This document shows positions 23,616-32,619 of a stretch of DNA of 64,000 nt, piece by piece. Each line of letters starts with the position of its first letter. Positions within the stretch are counted from its first letter, which is position 1. The DNA is from an uncultured Gemmatimonadaceae bacterium (GTDB lineage Bacteria; Gemmatimonadota; Gemmatimonadetes; Gemmatimonadales; Gemmatimonadaceae). The stretch spans positions 416,001 through 480,000 of the forward strand of contig CAWAGQ010000004.1 in NCBI GenBank assembly GCA_963781585.1, read 5' to 3'. The notes under the pieces were generated by a model. It was given only the letters and a program-made list of their open reading frames with translations. It was not told where the DNA came from and did no database searches. The translations under genes were made by a program, and so were the position numbers.

Positions 23616-23787
23616 GCGTCGTGGTCCGCGTCGTCCGCTCACGATCGAGGCATCGATCGCGGCGCGCGAACGCCGACACGGACTTCTGGCACCCCTGCGA
23701 TGTGCCCCCTATACTTTTCCTTCTCCCGCCGCGGCATCGCGGACCGCGATCACGCGGTCGCCGACGCACCGCGGCTGGATCCTCAAT

Positions 23788-26400
23788 GTGACTCCTGAAG
23801 TCGACCTAACCGAGACTCTCGAACGTCTCCAGGCCACGCTCAACGACCGATACAGCGTCGAGCGGGTGCTCGGGCGTGGAGGCATGGCCACGGTCTTTCT
23901 GGCCAGGGACGTGCGGCACGATCGCGAAGTCGCGATCAAGGTCCTGCACCCCGACCTTGCTGCCACGATCGGCGGCGACCGTTTCGAGCGCGAGATCCGA
24001 CTCGCCGCCAAACTGCAGCACCCGCACATCCTCGGTATGTACGATTCGGGCGTCGCCGATGGCCTTCTGTACTACGTGATGCCGTTCGTCCAGGGGGAGT
24101 CGTTGCGTGATCGACTCGAGCGCGAGGGACAGCTCCCCATCGACGACGCGCTGCAGATCACGCTCGAGGTCGCCGACGCCCTCGGATACGCGCATCAGCA
24201 GGACATCGTCCACCGCGACATCAAGCCCGAGAATATCCTCCTCGCAAACGGCCATGCCCTCGTGGCCGACTTCGGGATCGCGCGGGCGGCGCACGATGGC
24301 GGTGGTCAGAAGCTGACGCAGACCGGCATGGCGCTCGGCACACCCGTCTACATGAGCCCCGAACAGGCGTCGGGTGAAGCGGTCGGTCCCGCGGCCGACA
24401 TCTATAGTCTGGGCTGCGTGCTGTACGAGATGCTCGCGGGCGAACCGCCGTTCACCGGCAAGAACGCCATGGCGATCATGGCCCGGCACGCGATGGAGGG
24501 CGTGCCGAGCGTCCGGATCATCCGGGCCTCGGTGCCGGAGGAGGTGGAGGAGGCGATCCTCGCGGCGATGGAGAAGGCGGTCGCCGACCGGCCGAAGTCG
24601 GCGGCCGAGTTTGCGGCGATCCTTGGCACGCCGCTCGGCTCCACAGCCATGCGTCGCGTCACGATGCGCCACACGGCCGCTCGGCGGGTTTCGGGCGCAG
24701 GGCTTCGTACTTTCGCGCAAGCAGGCCCGGTCTGGAAGCGGCCGTGGGTGCTCGGGGGCACCGCGGCCGCGGTCCTCGTGGCGGCGTTCTCGGCATGGAA
24801 GCTCGTTGGGCGGTCGTCTGCCGGCGCGACCGTCGCCTCCGCCGATCCACGCGCCTGGGTGGTCGCGGTGCGCTACCTCGAGGACGGCTCGTCAGGGCAC
24901 GAGTTCGGTGACGTGGCCAGCCGCCTGACCGAGGCGCTGATCGGAGACCTTCAGCAGATCCCCAGGCTCACCGTCCGGACTCGCGGTGCCGTGGCGCCAT
25001 TTCGCGACGCGGATGTCACGCGGGACAGCATCGCTCGCGCGCTCGACGTCGGGACGCTCGTCGAGGGCTCGGTGCAGCCCGACGGGAAGGACAAGGTCAC
25101 CATCTCGACCCGGCTGTACGACGCCAACGGCACGGACCTCGGGGTGCGGAAATCGATTACCGTACCCCGCGACTCGCTCTTCCTGGCCGAGGACGCCGTT
25201 GCCGCGGAAGTGGCCGCCTCGCTGAAGCAGCGGCTCGGCAGCGAGATCGAGCTGCGTACCACGCGCGCCGGCACGCGGAGCATGGCGGCCTGGACGCTGT
25301 TCAGCCGCGCCGAGAAACTGCTGGACGATGCGCAGGCGCTACTGAGGGCGAATTCCGACAGCAGCGCGATGCTCGTCGCGCTGACTGATTCGCTGTTACG
25401 TCAGGCGGAGTCGAGCGATGCCACGTGGATCGAGCCGAAGCTCCTGCGCGGGGAGGCCGCGCTGCACCGCGCCCGCCTGGCGAGCATCGCCCTGGAGCAG
25501 AACCGCGGAAGTGTCGAACAGGTGAGCCGGCTCCTCGACACGGCGCTGGTGCGCGCGAACGACGCGATGGCCGCGGATCCGACGAGCGCGAGGGCGCAGG
25601 CGCTTCGCGGGACCGTGGAGTACGCCAAGTGGCGTGATCGTGCGCTGTCCGACGCCGTGCGCCACGGCTTCCTCGACAATGCCCGCAACGACCTGGAGTC
25701 GGCGGTGCAGCGCGACCCCCGGATCGCGAGCGCCGACGTGACACTGAGCAACCTGTATTACGACGAGGAGGACGTTCCGACCGCGAACAAGTACGCCCGG
25801 GCGGCCTACGAAGCCGACGCCTTCCTCTCGAACACGGCAGGAATCCTGGTGCGACTCTTCTGGACGTCGTACGATACGAACCTCCTCGCCGACGCCCGGA
25901 AGTGGTGCGACGAGGGAGCGAAGCGATTTCCGACGAACTACAATTTCGCGATCTGCGGGCTCTGGTTGATGCTGATTCCGAATGCGGAGCCCGACGCTGC
26001 CAGGGCCTGGAGCCTGGCGGCGCGCGTCGACTCGCTGGCGCCCCAGACAACGAAGTCCTTTCAATCACACCTGGCACGCATGATCGTGGCGGGGGTGATT
26101 GGTCGGGCCGCGAAGGCGGCGCCGATCGCCGGCCAGCAAGCAGCCCTTCGCGACAGCGCGGAGAATGTCATCGCGAGTGCCCGCGCTGATCCCACCATCG
26201 ACCCGGAAGGCGAGCTGCCCGGCTACGAGGCGCTCGTGCGGACGCAGATGGGTGACTACGCCAGGGCGGTTACGATGCTGACGCAATACGTAGCCACGCA
26301 TCCCACGCACACATTCCTTGTCGGATCGAATGTGCACTGGTGGTGGAGGAGCCTGCAGAACCAGCCTGGGTTCCAGGCGCTGAAGGCCCGCGCGCGCTGA
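23788..26400 (+). CDS. Hanks-type Ser/Thr kinase with TM, TolB-N-like and TPR-like C-terminal region
   Basis: LGRGGMATV, VAIK, HRDIKPEN, DFG, GTPVYMSPEQ. Confidence 0.92.
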   Translation: MTPEVDLTETLERLQATLNDRYSVERVLGRGGMATVFLARDVRHDREVAIKVLHPDLAATIGGDRFEREIRLAAKLQHPHILGMYDSGVADGLLYYVMPFVQGESLRDRLEREGQLPIDDALQITLEVADALGYAHQQDIVHRDIKPENILLANGHALVADFGIARAAHDGGGQKLTQTGMALGTPVYMSPEQASGEAVGPAADIYSLGCVLYEMLAGEPPFTGKNAMAIMARHAMEGVPSVRIIRASVPEEVEEAILAAMEKAVADRPKSAAEFAAILGTPLGSTAMRRVTMRHTAARRVSGAGLRTFAQAGPVWKRPWVLGGTAAAVLVAAFSAWKLVGRSSAGATVASADPRAWVVAVRYLEDGSSGHEFGDVASRLTEALIGDLQQIPRLTVRTRGAVAPFRDADVTRDSIARALDVGTLVEGSVQPDGKDKVTISTRLYDANGTDLGVRKSITVPRDSLFLAEDAVAAEVAASLKQRLGSEIELRTTRAGTRSMAAWTLFSRAEKLLDDAQALLRANSDSSAMLVALTDSLLRQAESSDATWIEPKLLRGEAALHRARLASIALEQNRGSVEQVSRLLDTALVRANDAMAADPTSARAQALRGTVEYAKWRDRALSDAVRHGFLDNARNDLESAVQRDPRIASADVTLSNLYYDEEDVPTANKYARAAYEADAFLSNTAGILVRLFWTSYDTNLLADARKWCDEGAKRFPTNYNFAICGLWLMLIPNAEPDAARAWSLAARVDSLAPQTTKSFQSHLARMIVAGVIGRAAKAAPIAGQQAALRDSAENVIASARADPTIDPEGELPGYEALVRTQMGDYARAVTMLTQYVATHPTHTFLVGSNVHWWWRSLQNQPGFQALKARAR

Positions 26401-26573
26401 GTCGTGCGAGACCTGGCCCGCGTTCCTGGTGCGCGAGTGGTCTCGACCAACTCCGATGGTGCCGATGCGGTGGTTGGGCCTAACTGTATGCGTACCACTG
26501 CCAAGCGGAATCACACGCGTGCGACGGGCAGCTGGCGATTCCTCCACTTGCAGTCCGGCGGTAAGCTTCCCCG

Positions 26574-27431
26574 TCAAGGAGACCATTCGTACTCAGACGC
26601 TGCGGGGGCAGTGGGCCTCGGGAGAAAGGTGAGCGGCGGCACCCGCCCGAGGCTGTCGTGGGGCCGCTGCGTGTTGTAGGTCGTGAGCCACTGCGCGGTG
26701 AGGTCGCGCACTTCCGCGATGGACGTGAAGACGTAGGCATCCAGCACTTCGGTGCGATAGGTCCGGTTGAAGCGTTCGATATACGCGTTCTGCTGCGGCT
26801 TCCCCGGCTGGATGTAGAGCAGCGCGATGCCGCGCTGGGCGCACCACCGGGTGATCGCGATTGAGGTCAGCTCGGGGCCGTTGTCGAGACGCAGGCCACT
26901 GGGCTGGCCGTGGACCGCGACGAGATCATCGAGCACCCCGATGACCCGAATGCTCGGGAGCGAGCGCGCCACCTCGATGGCGAGGCCTTCCCGATTCCCC
27001 TCATCCAGGATGTTGCACGTCCGAAAGCTGCGGCCGTCGTAGAGGGCATCCGTCATGAAGTCGAGCGCCCAGATGTGATTGAGCTGGGCTGGGGCCGCCA
27101 AGGGATGCGGCACCCGCTTCGGACGCCGACGCCGCGTGCGCCGCGGCAGATTGAGGCGGAGCGCGCAGTACACGCGGTGGGCGCGCTTGTGATTCCAGGC
27201 GTGGCCGGTGTTCCGCAACCGATCAAAGCACTTCCAGAATCCCCAGCGGCTATTCACGGCGACCACCGCCTGCAACGCGTCGATCACCGGCGCGTCGTGG
27301 AGCACGCGCTCTGTGGGCGGGCGGTAGTAGGCCGCCCGCGCCAGTCGGACCAGCCGGCAGGCACCCCGCACGGAGAGGCCGTGCGTGCCGGCGAGGATCT
27401 CGACTGCCTCCCGCTTCGCGGACGGCGTCAC
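26574..27431 (-). CDS. IS3 OrfB DDE transposase (rve domain), probably also made as an OrfAB frameshift fusion
   Basis: WALDFMTD, LDNGPE, PGKPQQNAYIERFNRT, RPHDSLG. Confidence 0.9.
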   Translation of the reverse strand: MTPSAKREAVEILAGTHGLSVRGACRLVRLARAAYYRPPTERVLHDAPVIDALQAVVAVNSRWGFWKCFDRLRNTGHAWNHKRAHRVYCALRLNLPRRTRRRRPKRVPHPLAAPAQLNHIWALDFMTDALYDGRSFRTCNILDEGNREGLAIEVARSLPSIRVIGVLDDLVAVHGQPSGLRLDNGPELTSIAITRWCAQRGIALLYIQPGKPQQNAYIERFNRTYRTEVLDAYVFTSIAEVRDLTAQWLTTYNTQRPHDSLGRVPPLTFLPRPTAPAASEYEWSP

Positions 27432-27694
27432 AACTTTCGGCTCAGGACGTCTTTGATCGCCGCATTCTCCAGCGCGAGCTCGGCGTACATGCGTTTGAGC
27501 TTCGCGTTCTCCTGCTCCAGTTCCTTGAGGCGAGCCAGATCCTTCACGCTGGCCCCACCGTACTTCGACTTCCACAGAAAGTAGGTCGGTCGGCTGATGC
27601 CGTGCTTCCGCACAATCTCCGGCACCGGAACGCCGGCCTCGCCTTCCTTCAGAATCGCGACGATCTGCGACTCCGTGAATCGGGACTTCCGCAT
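27428..27694 (-). CDS. IS3 OrfA (HTH and leucine zipper)
   Basis: MRKSRFTESQIVAILKE...WKSKYGG...LKELEQENAKLK; AGGAGG RBS. Confidence 0.9.
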   Translation of the reverse strand: MRKSRFTESQIVAILKEGEAGVPVPEIVRKHGISRPTYFLWKSKYGGASVKDLARLKELEQENAKLKRMYAELALENAAIKDVLSRKL

Positions 27695-27925
27695 GGATGA
27701 TGCCTCCTGTAGGCACCTCGGAAAGTCCAACTACGAACGGTCTGCGCGGAAGGGGAGCTTACCCGGCGATGACTACTTCCCAATCGCCAGCTACATCGAC
27801 CGTCGGTCTATCCCGATGGTGGTTACCGACGTATGATGGGATACCGGTTACCGGTTACGGCTAGCCGCGAGCGCCGGTTACTACTGACTGGCGCATGCTA
27901 GCGTCCGCGCGCACAGGAGACTGCG

Positions 27926-29857
27926 ATGAAACGACTGCTCGCCTGCCTAACGATCCTTGGCCTCGCGGCATGCGCGGGAGGCGATGTTACCACTCCGACG
28001 CGAGTGCCGGCCGGGCCCGCCAGCTTCTCTATATCTGACGGTGCACACACGAACGGGAATCCGGATTTCTTCTTCCTGCCGCCGATGGTGTCGAGTCCGA
28101 CGTCCAATGCTAACTTTGACGCCAATGGCTTTGACGGGGGTCAGACGCCGCAGGTCGTGATCTGCACGGAAGCCGGGACAGGCGAGGCAAGCTTCGTTTC
28201 TGGTTGTGTGACCACTATCACCTCACTTCAGCTCTCGTCAGCCGACGTTTCATCCGGCGAGTACCACGTCAACTGGAAAGTTCCTGATTCAGACGTGGTG
28301 TTCTATCGCGTGGACGTACAGGTGGATGGCACGTCACTGGGCTATGCCGACCTCGAAACCGGGAGCAATGGTTCTCAGCTCAAGAACGTCACGACCGGCG
28401 ACTACGTGCCGCTCGTCGATGGCCGCACGCTTCCGATCAAGTTTCGGATCGAGAAGGGAGCGCTCTGCAGCCTGTCATCATTCGGATGCAACGGCTCCGG
28501 CGTAGTGAACCTGAGGAGCGGCGGTGAGGTAAAAGGCGATCATGGAGGCGTCAGGATTCCACCGCAGGGCAACGGCGGACCAACTACGATTACGGTTGCG
28601 AGCTGCCCCGACATACCGTCGGATCTCCGGCACTTCGGCAGTTGCGTCCGCGTGACGGCAAACCCGCCGCTGACCACTCCACTGACTGTGCCAGCGACCG
28701 TGTTCGTTTGCAACGCCGAGGCGGAAGCGAGTGTGCTTGGTCACCCCCAGGAGGACCGGGTCACGCTGCATCGCTACGATGCGCCCAGCACCCAAGCCCT
28801 GCCGCATGCGAGCGATGACTGCTTGCACCTGATTGGTGCTGTGCCCACGGTTGGCCAGATGTTCGCCAACCTCCTCCACGGTCGACTCAAGTCCGCAGGT
28901 CACGACCTCGTGGCGCTGGTGGGTCCGAAGCCGCTGTACGCGCTCCATCAGGGAGGAGGCGGCGAGTCCGTGGGCTTCAGTGACTTCCAGTTCCTGCTGC
29001 CGGCATGGATGGAGAAGTGCCTTGGCGACCACCAGGTGGCTGACGTTGGCGCAACGCTGTCGAGTCCACAGCCGACGGTGTGCGTTCGGGACGTGCTCGG
29101 GGATCCCGTGGCTGGGGCCACCGTGCACTTCGCCACCATGGACGGGTCCGTCGCACCCGCTTCTGTCACCACCGGCGTGAACGGGCAGGCCGCCGTGGAC
29201 TGGACGCTCGGAACCCTCGGTACAAATACGCTCACGGCGAGTGGCAACGGCTTGGCAGGCGACGATCACAACGGTCCGCGCTCTGGGGTAGATCCGTTCC
29301 AGCCGCTGGATCCGACCTTTGATGGAAGCAACGGACCGGCAGTGCCGGTGGTGACCGGCGCGGTCCAGTTCACGGCAACGGGTCAGCTGCCCTACGGCGG
29401 TGCGTCCGGATGGTCCTATCAGATTGACAACTCCCCGCCGGCCAACTGGTACTCGACGACGACGTCCCCATTCAGCGCTACGGGAAGCACGCCGTTCGGA
29501 AGCGCCAACACGGACTGCGACCTTAACAATGCGGGCTTTAGCACCGATTGGCCCTCGCTTCCACTCACCTACTTGTATGCCAGGAGATCCTTCACCCTGG
29601 CCACCGCAGCGACGGTGTCGATCGGAGTCGCGATTGACAACGACGTTCAGGTGTTTCTTGACGGAACAGACATCACCAGCAACAACGATCAATTGATGAC
29701 GCCGGTCAACGGCGTGCTTGTTCACGAAGGCTGCCCGACCCCCGACTGGGTCACGTTCCAGCGCGCGGTGGTTCCCGGGTCCCACATTCTCGCAATCCTC
29801 GCCAAGGATCGCGGAATCAGTTCGTATCTCGACGTGCGGGTGTCGATTCAGCCATAA
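27926..29857 (+). CDS. Large secreted lipoprotein with Big_1-like Ig domain and C-terminal beta-sandwich
   Basis: Lipobox LAAC; DVLGDPVAGATVHF..TGVNGQAAVDWTLG; ARRSFTL..IDNDVQVFLDG. Confidence 0.75.
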   Translation: MKRLLACLTILGLAACAGGDVTTPTRVPAGPASFSISDGAHTNGNPDFFFLPPMVSSPTSNANFDANGFDGGQTPQVVICTEAGTGEASFVSGCVTTITSLQLSSADVSSGEYHVNWKVPDSDVVFYRVDVQVDGTSLGYADLETGSNGSQLKNVTTGDYVPLVDGRTLPIKFRIEKGALCSLSSFGCNGSGVVNLRSGGEVKGDHGGVRIPPQGNGGPTTITVASCPDIPSDLRHFGSCVRVTANPPLTTPLTVPATVFVCNAEAEASVLGHPQEDRVTLHRYDAPSTQALPHASDDCLHLIGAVPTVGQMFANLLHGRLKSAGHDLVALVGPKPLYALHQGGGGESVGFSDFQFLLPAWMEKCLGDHQVADVGATLSSPQPTVCVRDVLGDPVAGATVHFATMDGSVAPASVTTGVNGQAAVDWTLGTLGTNTLTASGNGLAGDDHNGPRSGVDPFQPLDPTFDGSNGPAVPVVTGAVQFTATGQLPYGGASGWSYQIDNSPPANWYSTTTSPFSATGSTPFGSANTDCDLNNAGFSTDWPSLPLTYLYARRSFTLATAATVSIGVAIDNDVQVFLDGTDITSNNDQLMTPVNGVLVHEGCPTPDWVTFQRAVVPGSHILAILAKDRGISSYLDVRVSIQP

Positions 29858-29879
29858 GGTTGGTCTTGACAGACGGACT

Positions 29880-29910
29880 GGAAAGGGCGGCCCACCGGGC
29901 CGCCCTTTCC
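29880..29910 (+). terminator. Intrinsic terminator-like hairpin
   Basis: GGAAAGGGCGGCCC-ACC-GGGCCGCCCTTTCC perfect 14-bp stem. Confidence 0.75.
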
Positions 29911-30124
29911 CGCTCACCGACGACCGTGTATGCAGATTCTACGCCTCCTAGGTGCGAAGGCCTGCGGACACGACCGCCGCGGACGTCTGGACCGCTCGAC
30001 GATCCCGATGTGCGGATTACCTTCTCGATGACGGATCCACCACCGCAGATTCACCCGTCGGTCCGGAGCGGTCCCATCCGAACCCGCACAGATCGCGCCC
30101 TCGCAGCCATCTCGCGCTGAGTCC

Positions 30125-30952
30125 ATGCCCAACATCGGTTCCATGCACCCCTACGTGGTGCACGCTGTCATCGGATTCCTCATCGCCGGCATCATCTTCC
30201 GCCTCGCCTCGCTGGTCCCGCGCTGGAGTGCCCTGAATTATGCCGCGGCGTCGCTCCTGATCGTCGGGGCCGGCACCGCCGTCGTCGCGGTCCGGTCGGG
30301 AAGCGACGCCCACGGTCCCGTGGAACGGGTGCCGGGCGCGCGACAGGCCGTGCAGGACCACGAGGAATGGGGGAACCGCACCCGCAACCTCTTCCTCGTC
30401 ATCGCCGCCGTCGAGCTGGCTGCCCTGGCGCTTCCCTCGCGTCGCCGGCTCATTCACTATGCGTCTGCCACGTTAGGCATCGTCGGCCTCGGATTCATCT
30501 TCGAGACCGGCGACCTCGGCGGCGACCTCGTCTACTCCTACGCCGGAGGCATCGGAATCCGGACGGGCGATCCCGCGGACGTGGATCGGCTGCTGCTGGC
30601 CGGCCTCTACCAGGAGGCAATGAAGGACCGCCGCGAGAACCGTCCCGCCGACGCGGCACGCCTCATCGACGAAATGGGACGCCGCTTCCCGGACGCCGTC
30701 GACGTGGCGCTCCTCCGCGCCGAATCGCTGCTGCGCGATCAGCACGATCCCGTCGCCGCGCTGGCGGCGCTCGACTCCATGCAGCACCTCGCCGCCGACC
30801 CGCGCACACGCCGCAGCATCGCGCTCACGCGCGTCTACGCCCTGCTCGGCGCCGGACGCACCGACACCGCACGCATGGTCGTCGAGCGGCTCGCCGCCGA
30901 GAATCCCAACGTGGCTCGCTACAAGGCGCTCCTGGACTCCATCCCGAAGTGA
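30125..30952 (+). CDS. DUF2231-like membrane protein with C-terminal TPR-like region
   Basis: HPYVVH, HEEWG, GDLGGDLVY motifs; about 4 TM helices. Confidence 0.7.
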   Translation: MPNIGSMHPYVVHAVIGFLIAGIIFRLASLVPRWSALNYAAASLLIVGAGTAVVAVRSGSDAHGPVERVPGARQAVQDHEEWGNRTRNLFLVIAAVELAALALPSRRRLIHYASATLGIVGLGFIFETGDLGGDLVYSYAGGIGIRTGDPADVDRLLLAGLYQEAMKDRRENRPADAARLIDEMGRRFPDAVDVALLRAESLLRDQHDPVAALAALDSMQHLAADPRTRRSIALTRVYALLGAGRTDTARMVVERLAAENPNVARYKALLDSIPK

Positions 30953-31021
30953 CGGTGTCCTCCTCCGGGTGGGTGGCTTGCGGCATGTGTGGCGCCCGCC
31001 GGGGTCCGGGGAGCGCGCCGC

Positions 31022-31115
31022 TGTCGCGGTACCGCAACGCCGCGATTACTTCGTCCTCCCAGGTGCCGTGATGTCAAGCATTTGGCCTCGGCAACCAACT
31101 GGCATGCACCCTGCG
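31022..31115 (+). promoter_or_regulatory. Putative sigma54 promoter with IHF-like site and palindromic UAS
   Basis: TGGCATGCACCCTGC (GG-N10-GC) at 31100-31114; TGTCAAGCATTTG at 31072; GCGGTACCGC palindrome at 31025. Confidence 0.55.
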
Positions 31116-31233
31116 TTGAACCACAATCCAAGGGGAGGCTTTCGACGCATCCTCGCTGGCACCTCAGCGATCCGGATGACGACGGCCTCCCCTTGCCACT
31201 CCAGTCAAAGGCGCTCCTCCAGCCCGTGCCCGA

Positions 31234-31992
31234 GTGACCGATCGCAATAGACATTCCGCTGTGCTGCTCCGCATCGCGCTGCTCGTCGCGGTCGGCGACT
31301 ACATCACCAAGGACGCCGCCGTGCGCTGGGTGTCGCGCGAGCCGTCGGTGTGGAGCACCTGGGTGCGTTTCGCCGTGGTGCACAACCAGGGCGCGGTGTT
31401 CGGCCTGTCCCTCGGCGCGTATACCTGGCAGCTGAACCTGATCCTCACGCTCGCGGCGATCGGGCTCGTCATCCCGGTCAGTCGCGACCTGGCGCGGGTA
31501 GACCGCGGAGCGCCGATTGCGCTCGGACTCATCGTGGGCGGCGCACTCGGCAACCTGGCGAGCCTCCTGCTCTCGCCGAGAGGCGTCATCGACTTCATTG
31601 CCGTCAGTGTGGGACCGACGTCGGAAATCGTGCTCAACGTTGCCGACGTGGCGGCCTACGTCGGCCTTGCCCTGGTCATCCGCACGGCGTTCCTGATCGT
31701 GGCGGCAATCCGGCGAGACGCGCAACCGGCTGTCCGCACATTCCGGCGGGCCGGACTGCCCTCGGTGGTCGGTGTCGACTTGTCGGAGCACGAAGTGCTG
31801 CGCGCCGTGTATCGCGAGCCCGTGGCAGGCGACGTGGCACCACGCGGGGCGGATCTTCCGGGAGATGCCCCGGTCGCTGTCCTCGGCCCCGAGATGGGAA
31901 CGCCGCGCGTGCTCGAGTTTCCGCTTTCGCGTCGCGACGCCGCGGACCGGGAGGTCGAAGAGGTCCGTGCCGCGAGGGATCCGCTGCCCTGA
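31234..31992 (+). CDS. lspA: Signal peptidase II (LspA)-like protein with C-terminal extension
   Basis: DYITK, HNQGAVFG, GGALGN, VIDFI, LNVAD. Confidence 0.75.
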   Translation: MTDRNRHSAVLLRIALLVAVGDYITKDAAVRWVSREPSVWSTWVRFAVVHNQGAVFGLSLGAYTWQLNLILTLAAIGLVIPVSRDLARVDRGAPIALGLIVGGALGNLASLLLSPRGVIDFIAVSVGPTSEIVLNVADVAAYVGLALVIRTAFLIVAAIRRDAQPAVRTFRRAGLPSVVGVDLSEHEVLRAVYREPVAGDVAPRGADLPGDAPVAVLGPEMGTPRVLEFPLSRRDAADREVEEVRAARDPLP

Positions 31993-32003
31993 TGCGACGG
32001 CCC

Positions 32004-32036
32004 GCGGCGTGCGATATCGGCACGCCGCTTCATTTT
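32004..32036 (+). terminator. Intrinsic terminator between the lspA-like gene and pyrR
   Basis: GCGGCGTGC-GATATCG-GCACGCCGC-TTCATTTT. Confidence 0.65.
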
Positions 32037-32067
32037 GTGCAGAGCACAGGCGATATTGGGCGCCACG

Positions 32068-32619
32068 ATGCCCAGCAAGCAGACCGTCGTGCTCGACGCC
32101 AAGGCCGTGGGGCGCGCGCTTCGCCGGATGGCCGACGAGATCGTTGAACGATTCGGCGGGACCGAAGAAGTCGTGTTGGTGGGGATCCAGCGCCGCGGCG
32201 TGCAGTTGGGGGATCGACTGGCGCGGCTGATCGAGGAGCGGGAAGGGGGGCACGTTCCGCGCGGCGCGCTGGACATCACGCTGTATCGCGACGACCTCCA
32301 GACGGTGGGCCCACGTCCGGTTGTGGGGAAGACCGATCTGCCGTGGAGTCTCGACGGCAAGCGGGTGGTGATCGTGGACGACGTGCTGTACACGGGGCGC
32401 ACGGTGCGGGCGGCCCTGGACGAGCTGGCGGACTTCGGACGGCCGGCCCGGATCGCGCTGGCAGTGCTGGTGGACCGCGGGGGGCGCGAACTGCCCATCC
32501 ATGCGGACGTCGTCGGGAAGTCGCTCGAAGTGCCGCCCGGGATGCGAATCGACGTACTCGTCGAGGAGCTCGACGGCGAGGACGCGGTGGTGATGGTGCC
32601 GCGCGGGGGCGAAGTGTGA
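32068..32619 (+). CDS. pyrR: Pyrimidine operon regulator / uracil PRTase
   Basis: [35 protein letters not shown]. Confidence 0.95.
   Translation: MPSKQTVVLDAKAVGRALRRMADEIVERFGGTEEVVLVGIQRRGVQLGDRLARLIEEREGGHVPRGALDITLYRDDLQTVGPRPVVGKTDLPWSLDGKRVVIVDDVLYTGRTVRAALDELADFGRPARIALAVLVDRGGRELPIHADVVGKSLEVPPGMRIDVLVEELDGEDAVVMVPRGGEV

Larger units (their letters stand above)
26560..27763 (-). mobile_element. IS3-family insertion sequence, about 1.2 kb
   Basis: Imperfect terminal IRs GGTAAGCT..AGACC.TTCGTA (24/32 identical), flanking duplication CGGC (or CCGGCG), orfA plus orfB. Confidence 0.92.

Noticed and set aside
20831..31233. Prophage or integrative element at tRNA-Ser
   Set aside because: No integrase, phage or conjugation genes and no distal tRNA 3' duplication were seen.
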